Source: a virus (Duplodnaviria > Caudoviricetes). From it: 60,885 nt of DNA. A program made the translations under genes and the position numbers. The stretch lies in IMG/VR virus record IMGVR_UViG_3300048591_000686, positions 1 through 60,885 of that record; one strand, given 5' to 3'. Below are positions 19,266 through 27,718 of this stretch, piece by piece. The notes under the pieces were generated by a model. The model was given only the letters and a program-made list of their open reading frames with translations, did not search any database and was not told where the DNA came from. The number at the start of each line of letters is the position of its first letter. Position 1 is the first letter of the stretch.

Positions 19266-19418
19266 ATGGAATCACGTCGGCGGCTTACTGTGCGTCGCCC
19301 TGCTCATCATTGCCGCATGGTTCGGTGGGTGAGCAACACGGCCCCGCAATTCTACTGCGGGGAGTGCGGGTGGTCTGGTCAGTGGTGGGGCACGCGCTGC
19401 CCCAGGTGCGGCATGTAG
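19266..19418 (+). CDS. Small Zn-ribbon protein (RadA N-terminal-like)
   Basis: FYCGECGW..W...CPRCG. Confidence 0.55.
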   Translation: MESRRRLTVRRPAHHCRMVRWVSNTAPQFYCGECGWSGQWWGTRCPRCGM

Positions 19419-19526
19419 CAGCCTAGCGCCGGGCGGATCGGCGTAACGCGTAGATGCGGGTGGGGTGACGGGCAACGGGCTGCACCGTGTCACCCCACCT
19501 GATGATGAGGGGGAGGGGAAATTACA

Positions 19527-22154
19527 ATGGACTTCAACGAATTTGCACGGACCTACGCCGAATGGTTGGCGACCAACAAGATCGACATCCAGAGCGCGTC
19601 GGGACTCAACGTTCAGCGGCGGGATCTGCACCCGCGCCTTTTTGAGTACCAGAAAGACGCGGTGCTGTGGGCGCTGCGCCGGGGGCATGGCCTTTTGGCC
19701 GAACGTTTCGGCATGGGCAAGACGACGCAGCAGATCGAAATTTTGCGCCAGGTGCACGCGGCCACCGGCGGCGGTCAACTGGTCATTTGCCCGTTGGGCG
19801 TGCGCACCCAGTTTGTGCACGAAGATGGCCCGGCGATGGGCGTCGAATTTGTCTACGTGCGCACCGACGCTGAAGCGGCGCAGGCCCTGGAACGCACGCC
19901 GTACCTCATCACGAACTATGAGAGGGTGCGCGATGGCGACATCAGCGCCGAATGGCTGACCGCCAACGTGACCGGCGTCTGTCTCGATGAGGCCGCCATC
20001 CTGGGCAACCTGGGCACAAAAACGCAGGACCAGTTTCGCCTGATTTTCGACAGCATCGAATACAAATGGGCGGCCACTGCGACGCCGGCGCCGAACGACT
20101 ACCGGCAGCTCATCTACTTCGGCGATTTCTTTGACGAGCTGGATGCTGGCCAGGCGCTGACCCGTTGGTTTGGCCGCAACCCCGACAAAGCAGGCGATCT
20201 GCAGCTATTGCCCCACATGGAACATGAGTTCTGGATGTGGGTGGCGTCGTGGGCGCTCTTTGTCGAAAAGCCAAGCGACCTCGGCGCAAACTACAGCGAT
20301 GCCGGTTTCGAGATGCCCGAGATCAACATCGTCTGGCACCGGTTGACCTCCGACCACACGAAGATTTGGGACGCCACCGACAACCACGGGCAGCATTTTC
20401 TACTCAAAGACACGACGGCCGGCGTCACCCAGGCGGCGCGGGAGAAGCGCGACAGCCTCGACATTCGCATCGCCGAAGCCGCCCGCATCATCGAAGGCGC
20501 ACCGGACAAGCACTGGATCGTGTGGCACCATCTGGAGGACGAACGCCGGGCCATCAGCCGCCTGATTCCGAACGTTTCAGCGGTATGGGGCGCGCAGGAC
20601 CTGGAAGAGCGCGAGCAGACGATTCTCGACTTCTCGCATGGCAAGCTCCCGATCCTGGCCACCAAGCCCGAATTAAGTGGCAGTGGCTGCAATTTCCAGT
20701 ATCACTGCGCCGACGCCATCTACGTGGGCCTGAGCTTCAAATTCCGTGACTTCATCCAGTCGGTGCACCGCATCCACCGCTACGGGCAGACGCAGCCGGT
20801 GACGATCCACATCATCCACACCGACGCAGAGGATGCCGTGCGCGATGCCCTGATGCGCAAGTGGCGACAACACGACGAACTGATGGAGCGGATGCGGGCC
20901 ATCGTCAAAGAGCATGGCCTTACCCGCGAAAGCCTGGTCACGGGCCTGCGCAGATCCATCGGCGTCACCCGGCAGGAGGCCAGCGGCGAAGCGTGGCAGG
21001 TGGCGCTCAATGACACAGTGCTGGAGTGCTACGGCCTGCCCGACAATTCGATCGACGCCATCGTAACGTCGATCCCGTTCGGAAATCATTACGAATACAG
21101 CGCCAACCGCAACGACTTCGGCTTTAACGACACCGACGCCAGCTTTTGGAATCAGATGGATTTCTTGATTCCGAGTCTCTACCGGGCGCTTAAGCCGGGG
21201 CGCATGGCGTGCATCCACGTCAAGGATCGGCTGCTCTACGGGCACCAGACGCCCCACGGCATGATGGAAGTGGACTACTTCTCTGACGACTGCAACCGGG
21301 CGTTTCGCAAACACGGTTTCGTCAGCTACGGCCGGATCACAATCCCGACCGACGTCGTGCGTGAGAACGGGTCAACCAACCGCCTCGGCTGGACGGAGAA
21401 TAGCAAAGACTCTACGAAGATGGGTGTGGGGATGCCCGAATACGTGCTGCTGTTCCGCAAACCGCAGACGGACAAGTCGCGCAGCTACGCCGACGAACCG
21501 GTGCGGAAAGACAAGGCGACCTACACCCGTGGCCGCTGGCAGACCGACGCGCACCAACTCTGGCGCACCAACGGGCACGCCATCAGCGAACATGCACCGC
21601 TGCTAACGCAAGACGAGATCAATGGCATGGACGGCGCGCAGCTTTACCGCTGGTGGCGCGAGCGGATGCGCAGCGGGGCACCCTACGATCACGAAGAGCA
21701 CGTCAAGCTGTGCGAGATGGTAGGCGACCGCCTGCCGGCCAAATTTATGCTGTTCCCGACGATGGTCAGCGCAGACAGTGACGAATACGTCTGGACGGAT
21801 GTGCTGTTCATGCGCACCTTGAACATGCAAAACGCCCGCCGCCGCCTCGCCAAGCACGTCTGCCCGTTCCCGTTGGACATCCCGCGCCGCCTCGTGGTGC
21901 GCTACACCAACCCCGGTGACCTGGTGTTGGACCCGTTTAGCGGCCTAGGCACGGTGGGCTACGTGGCCTTGCAGGAGGGGCGGCGCTACCTGGGCGCGGA
22001 ACTCAACCGCGACTACTGGCAGATTTCGATCAACTATCTCACCGAACTGGAGATCACGGCGCACGCCCCAACGCTGTTTGACATGCCGGATGCGACCCAG
22101 GCAGACGACGATGCGGTGGATATGCCCGAGCTTGAACTAATGGCGGCGGACTGA
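19527..22154 (+). CDS. SNF2-type helicase fused to N4/N6 DNA methyltransferase
   Basis: GMGKT, LDEA, ATATPAPND, QSVHRIHRYGQ; then VTSIPF (motif IV variant), HVCPFP and VLDPFSGLGT (motif I). Confidence 0.9.
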   Translation: MDFNEFARTYAEWLATNKIDIQSASGLNVQRRDLHPRLFEYQKDAVLWALRRGHGLLAERFGMGKTTQQIEILRQVHAATGGGQLVICPLGVRTQFVHEDGPAMGVEFVYVRTDAEAAQALERTPYLITNYERVRDGDISAEWLTANVTGVCLDEAAILGNLGTKTQDQFRLIFDSIEYKWAATATPAPNDYRQLIYFGDFFDELDAGQALTRWFGRNPDKAGDLQLLPHMEHEFWMWVASWALFVEKPSDLGANYSDAGFEMPEINIVWHRLTSDHTKIWDATDNHGQHFLLKDTTAGVTQAAREKRDSLDIRIAEAARIIEGAPDKHWIVWHHLEDERRAISRLIPNVSAVWGAQDLEEREQTILDFSHGKLPILATKPELSGSGCNFQYHCADAIYVGLSFKFRDFIQSVHRIHRYGQTQPVTIHIIHTDAEDAVRDALMRKWRQHDELMERMRAIVKEHGLTRESLVTGLRRSIGVTRQEASGEAWQVALNDTVLECYGLPDNSIDAIVTSIPFGNHYEYSANRNDFGFNDTDASFWNQMDFLIPSLYRALKPGRMACIHVKDRLLYGHQTPHGMMEVDYFSDDCNRAFRKHGFVSYGRITIPTDVVRENGSTNRLGWTENSKDSTKMGVGMPEYVLLFRKPQTDKSRSYADEPVRKDKATYTRGRWQTDAHQLWRTNGHAISEHAPLLTQDEINGMDGAQLYRWWRERMRSGAPYDHEEHVKLCEMVGDRLPAKFMLFPTMVSADSDEYVWTDVLFMRTLNMQNARRRLAKHVCPFPLDIPRRLVVRYTNPGDLVLDPFSGLGTVGYVALQEGRRYLGAELNRDYWQISINYLTELEITAHAPTLFDMPDATQADDDAVDMPELELMAAD

Positions 22155-22363
22155 TGGATACGCCCCGCCTGCGCGACATCCCCGACGATGCGCCTTGCAC
22201 GGCCTTTGCCCCGTGCCCCGTGAGCGCGTACAACCGGGGGCTGGAGGATAGGCGTTACGACGGCTGCTATTTCAACCCGTACCGGCGCGGCAGTGCGGAG
22301 TGGTGGGAGTACGAGGCGGGACAGAGAGATGCCGCGCGCGAGGCGATGGGGAGGGCATTGTGA
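22154..22363 (+). CDS. Hypothetical protein
   Basis: TGATG overlap; AYNRG..NPY..W.EYEAG. Confidence 0.6.
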   Translation: MDTPRLRDIPDDAPCTAFAPCPVSAYNRGLEDRRYDGCYFNPYRRGSAEWWEYEAGQRDAAREAMGRAL

Positions 22364-22650
22364 CCACCGCCACCCTCATCGCCCAACTGCGCGACCATCT
22401 GGCCGCCACCGCCCGCCCCGGCCTCGCCGGTGTGCAGGCACGCGACGCCGCCCACGCCACCCTCGACCAACTGGCCGACGCGGTGCGGCTCATGGAGCAG
22501 CGGTGGGCCGACCGGGAGGCGCAGCGGTTCGGGGCGATGCTGCGGCACATGGGCACGCCGGAGGACATCTATGCGGCAGAACGCGCGGCAAGGCAGAGCA
22601 ACCCGGAGTTGTGGGAGGGGAGACTACCCTCCCCATCATCAACGAACTGA
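22360..22650 (+). CDS. Hypothetical protein
   Basis: GTGA overlap with SD GGAGG. Confidence 0.55.
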   Translation: MTTATLIAQLRDHLAATARPGLAGVQARDAAHATLDQLADAVRLMEQRWADREAQRFGAMLRHMGTPEDIYAAERAARQSNPELWEGRLPSPSSTN

Positions 22651-22662
22651 AAGGAGCACACC

Positions 22663-22953
22663 ATGATCCACCCAACCACGCCCGGCAAAACCACGCCCGC
22701 CGCCACACTGCTGGCCGACCTCGCCGCCCGCGCCGAGCACGATGCGCACGACGATGAACCCATGACCTACGCCCCCGTCGTCACCGCCGCGGACGTGCGC
22801 AGCGACCTCTACGCCCTCTACACCTACGCCACATGGTTGCTCACGCTGCTGCCCGCGGAGGCAGTGCAGGCCAACGAACCGTGGCTGGACAGCCGCGTGG
22901 CCGACATCCATGCCATCGCCGCCCGGCACGGATTTACGGGGGCGGGGCGATGA
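22663..22953 (+). CDS. Hypothetical protein
   Basis: AAGGAG SD. Confidence 0.65.
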   Translation: MIHPTTPGKTTPAATLLADLAARAEHDAHDDEPMTYAPVVTAADVRSDLYALYTYATWLLTLLPAEAVQANEPWLDSRVADIHAIAARHGFTGAGR

Positions 22954-23213
22954 ACGCACAGACTGTCATTGCAGGCGCGTTCGCGGGCGCCATGGCGGGG
23001 GGTGCTGATGTGGGCCCTGTTCCTGTGGGCGCGGCGATGAAGCGGCGCGCCTGGCGCATCGTGCCGGACCTGCCACCGGTGGGGCACGTGGTGCGCATCT
23101 GGTGGTGGGGCGAGGGGGAGATCGCCGCCGCCTTCGACGGAGCACAGTGGCGCGATGAGCAGGGCCGCGTCGTGCGGGGGCCGATCACCCACTGGCGCGA
23201 GGCGACTACATGA
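22950..23213 (+). CDS. Hypothetical protein (DUF551-like, 'ITHWR' end)
   Basis: WRIVPDLPP...ITHWRE; ATGA overlap. Confidence 0.5.
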   Translation: MNAQTVIAGAFAGAMAGGADVGPVPVGAAMKRRAWRIVPDLPPVGHVVRIWWWGEGEIAAAFDGAQWRDEQGRVVRGPITHWREATT

Positions 23214-23402
23214 CAACCACGCGTGCGCGCAGCACTGCCAAGAGCCGCCGGCGGGGGAGCATAGACCCCCGAAAATCCTTTCGGTGCGCCGCCCTGGTGA
23301 GTCCGAGCGCAGACAGGGCGGCAAGCGCGGCGTGATACCTGGGGGCGGGGGCCGGTGTGGACGGTTCCCCGCCCTATTTTGTGAGGCGAGAGGCGAGACA
23401 GA

Positions 23403-23651
23403 GTGAGCATCATCCAGACTCCCGAAATTACAACCGAGCGTGTGGCGGTAATCGTTTACTTGTTGGCGCGGGGGCGGCGCTTTCGCACGTCGGAGGTTGC
23501 CGACCTATGCGGCGTGACGCAGCGCGGGGCCTACGCAATCATGGCACGCATCAGTCGCGTAGTGCCACTGACCCTGGACGGCGGCGAATGGACAGAGTAT
23601 CGCCCGCCCGCTGACGACAATGGAGAAACTGACGGTAAACCTGACGAATAG
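23403..23651 (+). CDS. Winged-HTH DNA-binding protein (possible late regulator)
   Basis: FRTSEVADLCGVTQRGAYAIMARIS; directly upstream of the late operon. Confidence 0.7.
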   Translation: MSIIQTPEITTERVAVIVYLLARGRRFRTSEVADLCGVTQRGAYAIMARISRVVPLTLDGGEWTEYRPPADDNGETDGKPDE

Positions 23652-23726
23652 AGGAACACAGTGTTCCTCACCCCATGCTACGCTGTCCATATCGGGCGGC
23701 GATTTTTGCGTTTCAGGGAGGCGAGA

Positions 23727-24035
23727 GTGAGCAGAGAACCGGTAGTCAGTGCGCAGGCGATTGCAGCGGCGGTGCAGGCTGCTATCATGGCGATTGTGGC
23801 GATGGCGGCGTCTTTGGGGTGGATCGCCATTAACCCCGAACAGATGGGCGCGGTGGAACGGGCGCTCGCCGCGTTGGGCGCGCTGGCCGTGTTGGTTGTG
23901 CCGCAGATTCTAGCGGCTGTGTGGGCGCGCAATCAGGTCACGCCGGTCGCCAACCCGCGCACGGAGGACGGGCAGGCAGGCGTGATTGTGCCGGTGGCCG
24001 TGGCGCAGGCGTCCGGTATGTTGGAGTTGGAATAG
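23727..24035 (+). CDS. Holin-like membrane protein
   Basis: REPV..two TM segments..WARNQVTP, typical of phage holin-like proteins; GGAGG SD. Confidence 0.65.
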   Translation: MSREPVVSAQAIAAAVQAAIMAIVAMAASLGWIAINPEQMGAVERALAALGALAVLVVPQILAAVWARNQVTPVANPRTEDGQAGVIVPVAVAQASGMLELE

Positions 24036-24045
24036 GCGATGCGGC

Positions 24046-24285
24046 ATGGCTAAAACCGCACAGCGCCGTCACCAACAGCAGCGACACCTGGCGCGCCGTC
24101 TGCGTTATCCCATTTGGGCGTGGGTGCAGCGCGTTGTCGATCCCACCGACCGCGCCGCATGGTGCAGCCGCGCAAGCCGCCACAGCGTGCCGTGTAGCTG
24201 CCCATGGTGCGCAACACGTCGTCAGTGGTATGGCCCAACAGTGCAGGAGCGCCGCGCAGTGCAGGAGGCGAACGCGTATGCATGA
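24046..24285 (+). CDS. Small basic Cys-containing protein
   Basis: PCSCPWC..RR..TVQERRA. Confidence 0.55.
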   Translation: MAKTAQRRHQQQRHLARRLRYPIWAWVQRVVDPTDRAAWCSRASRHSVPCSCPWCATRRQWYGPTVQERRAVQEANAYA

Positions 24286-24481
24286 CACACCCACCGCACC
24301 GAAGGCGCTGGCCCCTCACGAACTGCGCACGGTGGCGATGCCGGACCTGCGCACGCCGGACCAGCGCCACGCCGACGACATGGCCGCGCTGACGGCGCGC
24401 ATTGATTTACTGGAGGCGGCCATCGTGCGGCAAGCGGATGTGTTGCAGGTGCTGATGTTGCGCCTGGATGATAGGACGTAG
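24278..24481 (+). CDS. Hypothetical protein
   Basis: AGGAGG SD; coiled-coil C-terminus. Confidence 0.55.
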   Translation: MHDTPTAPKALAPHELRTVAMPDLRTPDQRHADDMAALTARIDLLEAAIVRQADVLQVLMLRLDDRT

Positions 24482-24485
24482 GGCG

Positions 24486-24857
24486 ATGGCGCGGCGGGAA
24501 TACAGCGACGAACTAAAGGCGCAGGTCATGGCGGCATTGCTGGCTGGCCAGAGCGTTTCGTCCACCGCGCAGGCGTACAAGATCCCAAAAGGCACAGTGA
24601 GCAGTTGGCGCAAGGCAGCCTTGGGCAAGGTCGCGGAGGGTGCGGTCGAATCCGACGCGACCCAAAAAAGCACAACGCTAGACGATCTGCTGCAAGGCTA
24701 CGTTGAAACAAACCTGGTAACGTTACGTGAACAGTCTCAGTTCTTCCGAGATAAAGAGTGGCTCAAACGGCAGCAGGCGTCCGAGCTTGCAGTCCTTCAC
24801 GGGGTGCTTGCCGACAAAACAGTTCGGATTCTCGAAGCATACGGCAATGCAGGATAG
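24486..24857 (+). CDS. terS: Terminase small subunit (HTH)
   Basis: YSDELKAQ..GQSVSSTAQAYKIPKGTVSSW HTH; overlaps the terL start. Confidence 0.75.
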   Translation: MARREYSDELKAQVMAALLAGQSVSSTAQAYKIPKGTVSSWRKAALGKVAEGAVESDATQKSTTLDDLLQGYVETNLVTLREQSQFFRDKEWLKRQQASELAVLHGVLADKTVRILEAYGNAG

Positions 24858-27495
24858 TAGGGGCAAAGCTGAGGATGACGCCTGTTCCAGCCTCCTGGCC
24901 TTCACCCTCTACACCTACCCCACCTACCAGGTCAATTGGCACCACCGTGTTATCTGTGAACATTTAGACGATTTTGTAGCTGGCAAAATTAAGCGGCTGA
25001 TGGTTTTTGCGCCTCCCCGCAGTGGCAAGTCGGAACTCGTGTCGAGGCGGCTGCCGGCGTTCATCCTAGGGCAAAGACCCGACACAACAATTATCGCTAC
25101 CAGTTACGGTGCGGACCTGGCCAGGCGCATGAATCGCGACGTTCAGCGCATTATGGATGAAGATGCTTACCGCAAACTGTTCCCCGATACGAAGCTGTGG
25201 GGTAAGAACGTGCGTTCCGACGCGCAGGGCTCATGGCTGCGCAATTCTGATATGTTTGAGGTGGTAGGCCATCGGGGCTACTACCTGGGGACGGGCGTTG
25301 GGGGGAGCATAACGGGCAGTGGTGCGCATTGTTTAACGGGAGAAACTAGCGTAAGAACTGAAATGGGTAACATTGCTATAAGTAACCTATTCATGTTACA
25401 ATACCATCCAAGGGTGTGGGCATTCGACCACGAATCAAATGCTCCCGTCTTGCGAAGGATTGTGGCGGTCAAGGAGAGCTATAGCGATGACATCCTCGAA
25501 ATCGTTACCGTCAGTGGAAGAAGTATTAAAGCAACTGCCGAGCACCGTTTCTACGTACATGGACGCGGATACCAAGAGGCGGCGCTTCTCTGTCCAGGGG
25601 ACCAAATCCAAGCTGTCGAGATCGAACAAGACGTGTGGGATTTGCGGAAAGACCAAGGGAACGGAAAGCCGCGGCACGATGTGCAAAGATTGCTACATGC
25701 GAATCAGGGCCATCAAGGTATCATTGGCCTGCGCATGGTGCGGCAAGGAGTTCGAGCGCCCTTTGTACGTACACGAAAAGTCCTTAAAGCACGGAAGGCA
25801 AGAGGCTTTCTGCTCCAAGGCTTGTCTGTGCGCCAACAACAATTACAAGAAGGCCGTTGCGGCAAATCGCACCTGCCTTCATTGCGGTACTCTCTTGGTT
25901 GCTACGCGCGGCCGATACTGTTCAGCAGCCTGCAAGGCGGCCTCAGCAAAGAAGAGGAAAGAGTTAGAGGATCGTACTTGCCCTTGGTGCGGAGCAACGT
26001 TTTCGCCGGCAACAAGTCGCAGGCAGTATTGTTCCAGGGCGTGCGCGAATGCCGCTCATTCAGTACGGATGCGCGGCAGGGGAAACTCGCACTTCAAAAC
26101 GGGGACCAGCTACGCGAAATGGTTTGCGGAAATGCGCCCGTTGATTATGGAGCGCGACGAGCATCGTTGCGTGGTGTGCCAGACGTCGGAACGGATGAAC
26201 GTCGTTACGTGGAAGGACCAAGAAGTAGATCGCTCGAACCTAATTATTCATCACATCAACGAAGACCCCACCGACAATACCCCCCAGAATCTGGTCACGC
26301 TGTGCAAGACTTGCCATGCCGTGCACCACAAGTCGGCACAGACACCGTGGCCGTGGTTAGGCGTCTATGCACAGGTAAAATCCCAGTCTATGACATCCAA
26401 GTGGAAGGGACTCACAACTTCTTTGCGGAAGGTGTACTCACCCACAACTGCGTAATCATCGACGATCCTGTTAAGAACCGCAAAGAGGCCAATTCACCCA
26501 CCTACCGGCAATCCGTCTTTGAGTGGTATACCTCTACCCTATACACCCGCCTGACTCCTGACGGGCAAATCCTGCTGACCGTGACCAGATGGTCAGAAGA
26601 TGACCTGGCAGGCCGCCTACTGGCGCTCTCTAAATCCGACCCCGAAGCTGACCAGTGGACCACGCTGATATTGCCGGCGGTTTCCGAAGAACCTATCGCC
26701 CCCTACGATGAACGCAAAGAGGCCGGCAAGCCGTTGTGGGCAGACCGTTGGGGTATCGACAAGCTGCGCACCATCGAACGCACCGTCGGCTCCCGCGACT
26801 GGGCCAGCCTCTACCAACAGCGCCCCGCACCGGACGAGGGCGAGATCTTCAAACGCCACCACTGGCGCTACTGGCAGCCGCGTGGGGCCAACCTGCCGCC
26901 GGTCACGGTGACGATGGGGGACGGGTCCGTCATCGAAGTGGAGCCGGTGGAGCTGCCGGCCCGTTTTGACGAGCTGCTGCAATCCTGGGACATGGCGTTC
27001 AAGGACACGGCCGGCTCCGACTTTGTGGCCGGCATGGTGCTGGGGCGTTTGGGTGCGGATAAATTCATACTCGACTACGCCAACGACCGCATGGACATCG
27101 TGGCATCTATGGACGCCGTGACGCACTGGGCGATCAAGTGGCCCAAAGCCATCGCCAAGCTGATCGAGGACAAAGCCAACGGGCCGGCGGTCATCCAGAT
27201 GTTGCGAAAGAAGATGGCGGGATTGATCCCGCGCGAACCCCAGGGCGGCAAAGTCAGCCGCGCCTACGCTGCACAGCCCGAGGTGCAAAGCGGTAACGTG
27301 TACCTACCCCACCCCCACATCGCCCCCTGGACGGCGCAATTCATCGCCAACGCCGCCGCCTTTCCCAACGCGGCCCACGACGACGACGTAGACGCATTTA
27401 CGCAGGCGATCATCTACTGGCAGGAGGCCGGGTCAGTCGCCACGGCCCCGGCGCAGGTCACGAGTCAGGCGACGATACAGGAGATGTTTGGATGA
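24847..27495 (+). CDS. terL: Terminase large subunit containing an intein
   Basis: PPRSGKS Walker A, TSYG, IIDDP Walker B, TRW..DDL.G, YQQRP, SWDMA, IEDKANG, FP...HDDDVDAFTQ. Confidence 0.95.
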   Translation: MQDSRGKAEDDACSSLLAFTLYTYPTYQVNWHHRVICEHLDDFVAGKIKRLMVFAPPRSGKSELVSRRLPAFILGQRPDTTIIATSYGADLARRMNRDVQRIMDEDAYRKLFPDTKLWGKNVRSDAQGSWLRNSDMFEVVGHRGYYLGTGVGGSITGSGAHCLTGETSVRTEMGNIAISNLFMLQYHPRVWAFDHESNAPVLRRIVAVKESYSDDILEIVTVSGRSIKATAEHRFYVHGRGYQEAALLCPGDQIQAVEIEQDVWDLRKDQGNGKPRHDVQRLLHANQGHQGIIGLRMVRQGVRAPFVRTRKVLKARKARGFLLQGLSVRQQQLQEGRCGKSHLPSLRYSLGCYARPILFSSLQGGLSKEEERVRGSYLPLVRSNVFAGNKSQAVLFQGVRECRSFSTDARQGKLALQNGDQLREMVCGNAPVDYGARRASLRGVPDVGTDERRYVEGPRSRSLEPNYSSHQRRPHRQYPPESGHAVQDLPCRAPQVGTDTVAVVRRLCTGKIPVYDIQVEGTHNFFAEGVLTHNCVIIDDPVKNRKEANSPTYRQSVFEWYTSTLYTRLTPDGQILLTVTRWSEDDLAGRLLALSKSDPEADQWTTLILPAVSEEPIAPYDERKEAGKPLWADRWGIDKLRTIERTVGSRDWASLYQQRPAPDEGEIFKRHHWRYWQPRGANLPPVTVTMGDGSVIEVEPVELPARFDELLQSWDMAFKDTAGSDFVAGMVLGRLGADKFILDYANDRMDIVASMDAVTHWAIKWPKAIAKLIEDKANGPAVIQMLRKKMAGLIPREPQGGKVSRAYAAQPEVQSGNVYLPHPHIAPWTAQFIANAAAFPNAAHDDDVDAFTQAIIYWQEAGSVATAPAQVTSQATIQEMFG
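25330..26448 (+). mobile_element. Intein (373 aa) in TerL
   Basis: GAH|CLTGET; block B ATAEHRF; VYDIQVEGTHNFFAEGVLTHN|C, immediately before Walker B. Confidence 0.93.
25487..26455 (+). CDS. HNH homing endonuclease with Zn-finger repeats, overprinted in the +1 frame within the TerL intein
   Basis: AAGGAG SD at 25471; CxxCG..(F/Y)CS..C repeats; ERD..RCVVC..IIHHI..D..DN...NLVTLCKTCHAVHH. Confidence 0.88.
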   Translation: MTSSKSLPSVEEVLKQLPSTVSTYMDADTKRRRFSVQGTKSKLSRSNKTCGICGKTKGTESRGTMCKDCYMRIRAIKVSLACAWCGKEFERPLYVHEKSLKHGRQEAFCSKACLCANNNYKKAVAANRTCLHCGTLLVATRGRYCSAACKAASAKKRKELEDRTCPWCGATFSPATSRRQYCSRACANAAHSVRMRGRGNSHFKTGTSYAKWFAEMRPLIMERDEHRCVVCQTSERMNVVTWKDQEVDRSNLIIHHINEDPTDNTPQNLVTLCKTCHAVHHKSAQTPWPWLGVYAQVKSQSMTSKWKGLTTSLRKVYSPTTA

Positions 27496-27713
27496 TACTC
27501 AGACCGCCCAGGATGGGAACAGAAGAAAATGAAGTAGCGACAGCGATTGTCTCCGCAATTCGCACGGCCAAGGCGTACAAGCCCAGCAACCGCACCGAAC
27601 TGGACCGTGTTTATGCCGTGACAATAACCGAACTGGAAAAGACTTACGCCTACTTCGCGACCTTCGCTCCTCCTCTTACAGAGCCGTTTATGGCGTCGCC
27701 GGAACCGGAGTAA
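27492..27713 (+). CDS. Hypothetical protein
   Basis: ATGA overlap with terL. Confidence 0.6.
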   Translation: MILRPPRMGTEENEVATAIVSAIRTAKAYKPSNRTELDRVYAVTITELEKTYAYFATFAPPLTEPFMASPEPE

Positions 27714-27718
27714 CCAAC

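Noticed and set aside
19459-19525. CTGATGA..GAAA after an 11-bp hairpin as a hammerhead ribozyme
   Set aside because: No stem II between the core motifs; simply a hairpin followed by an RBS.
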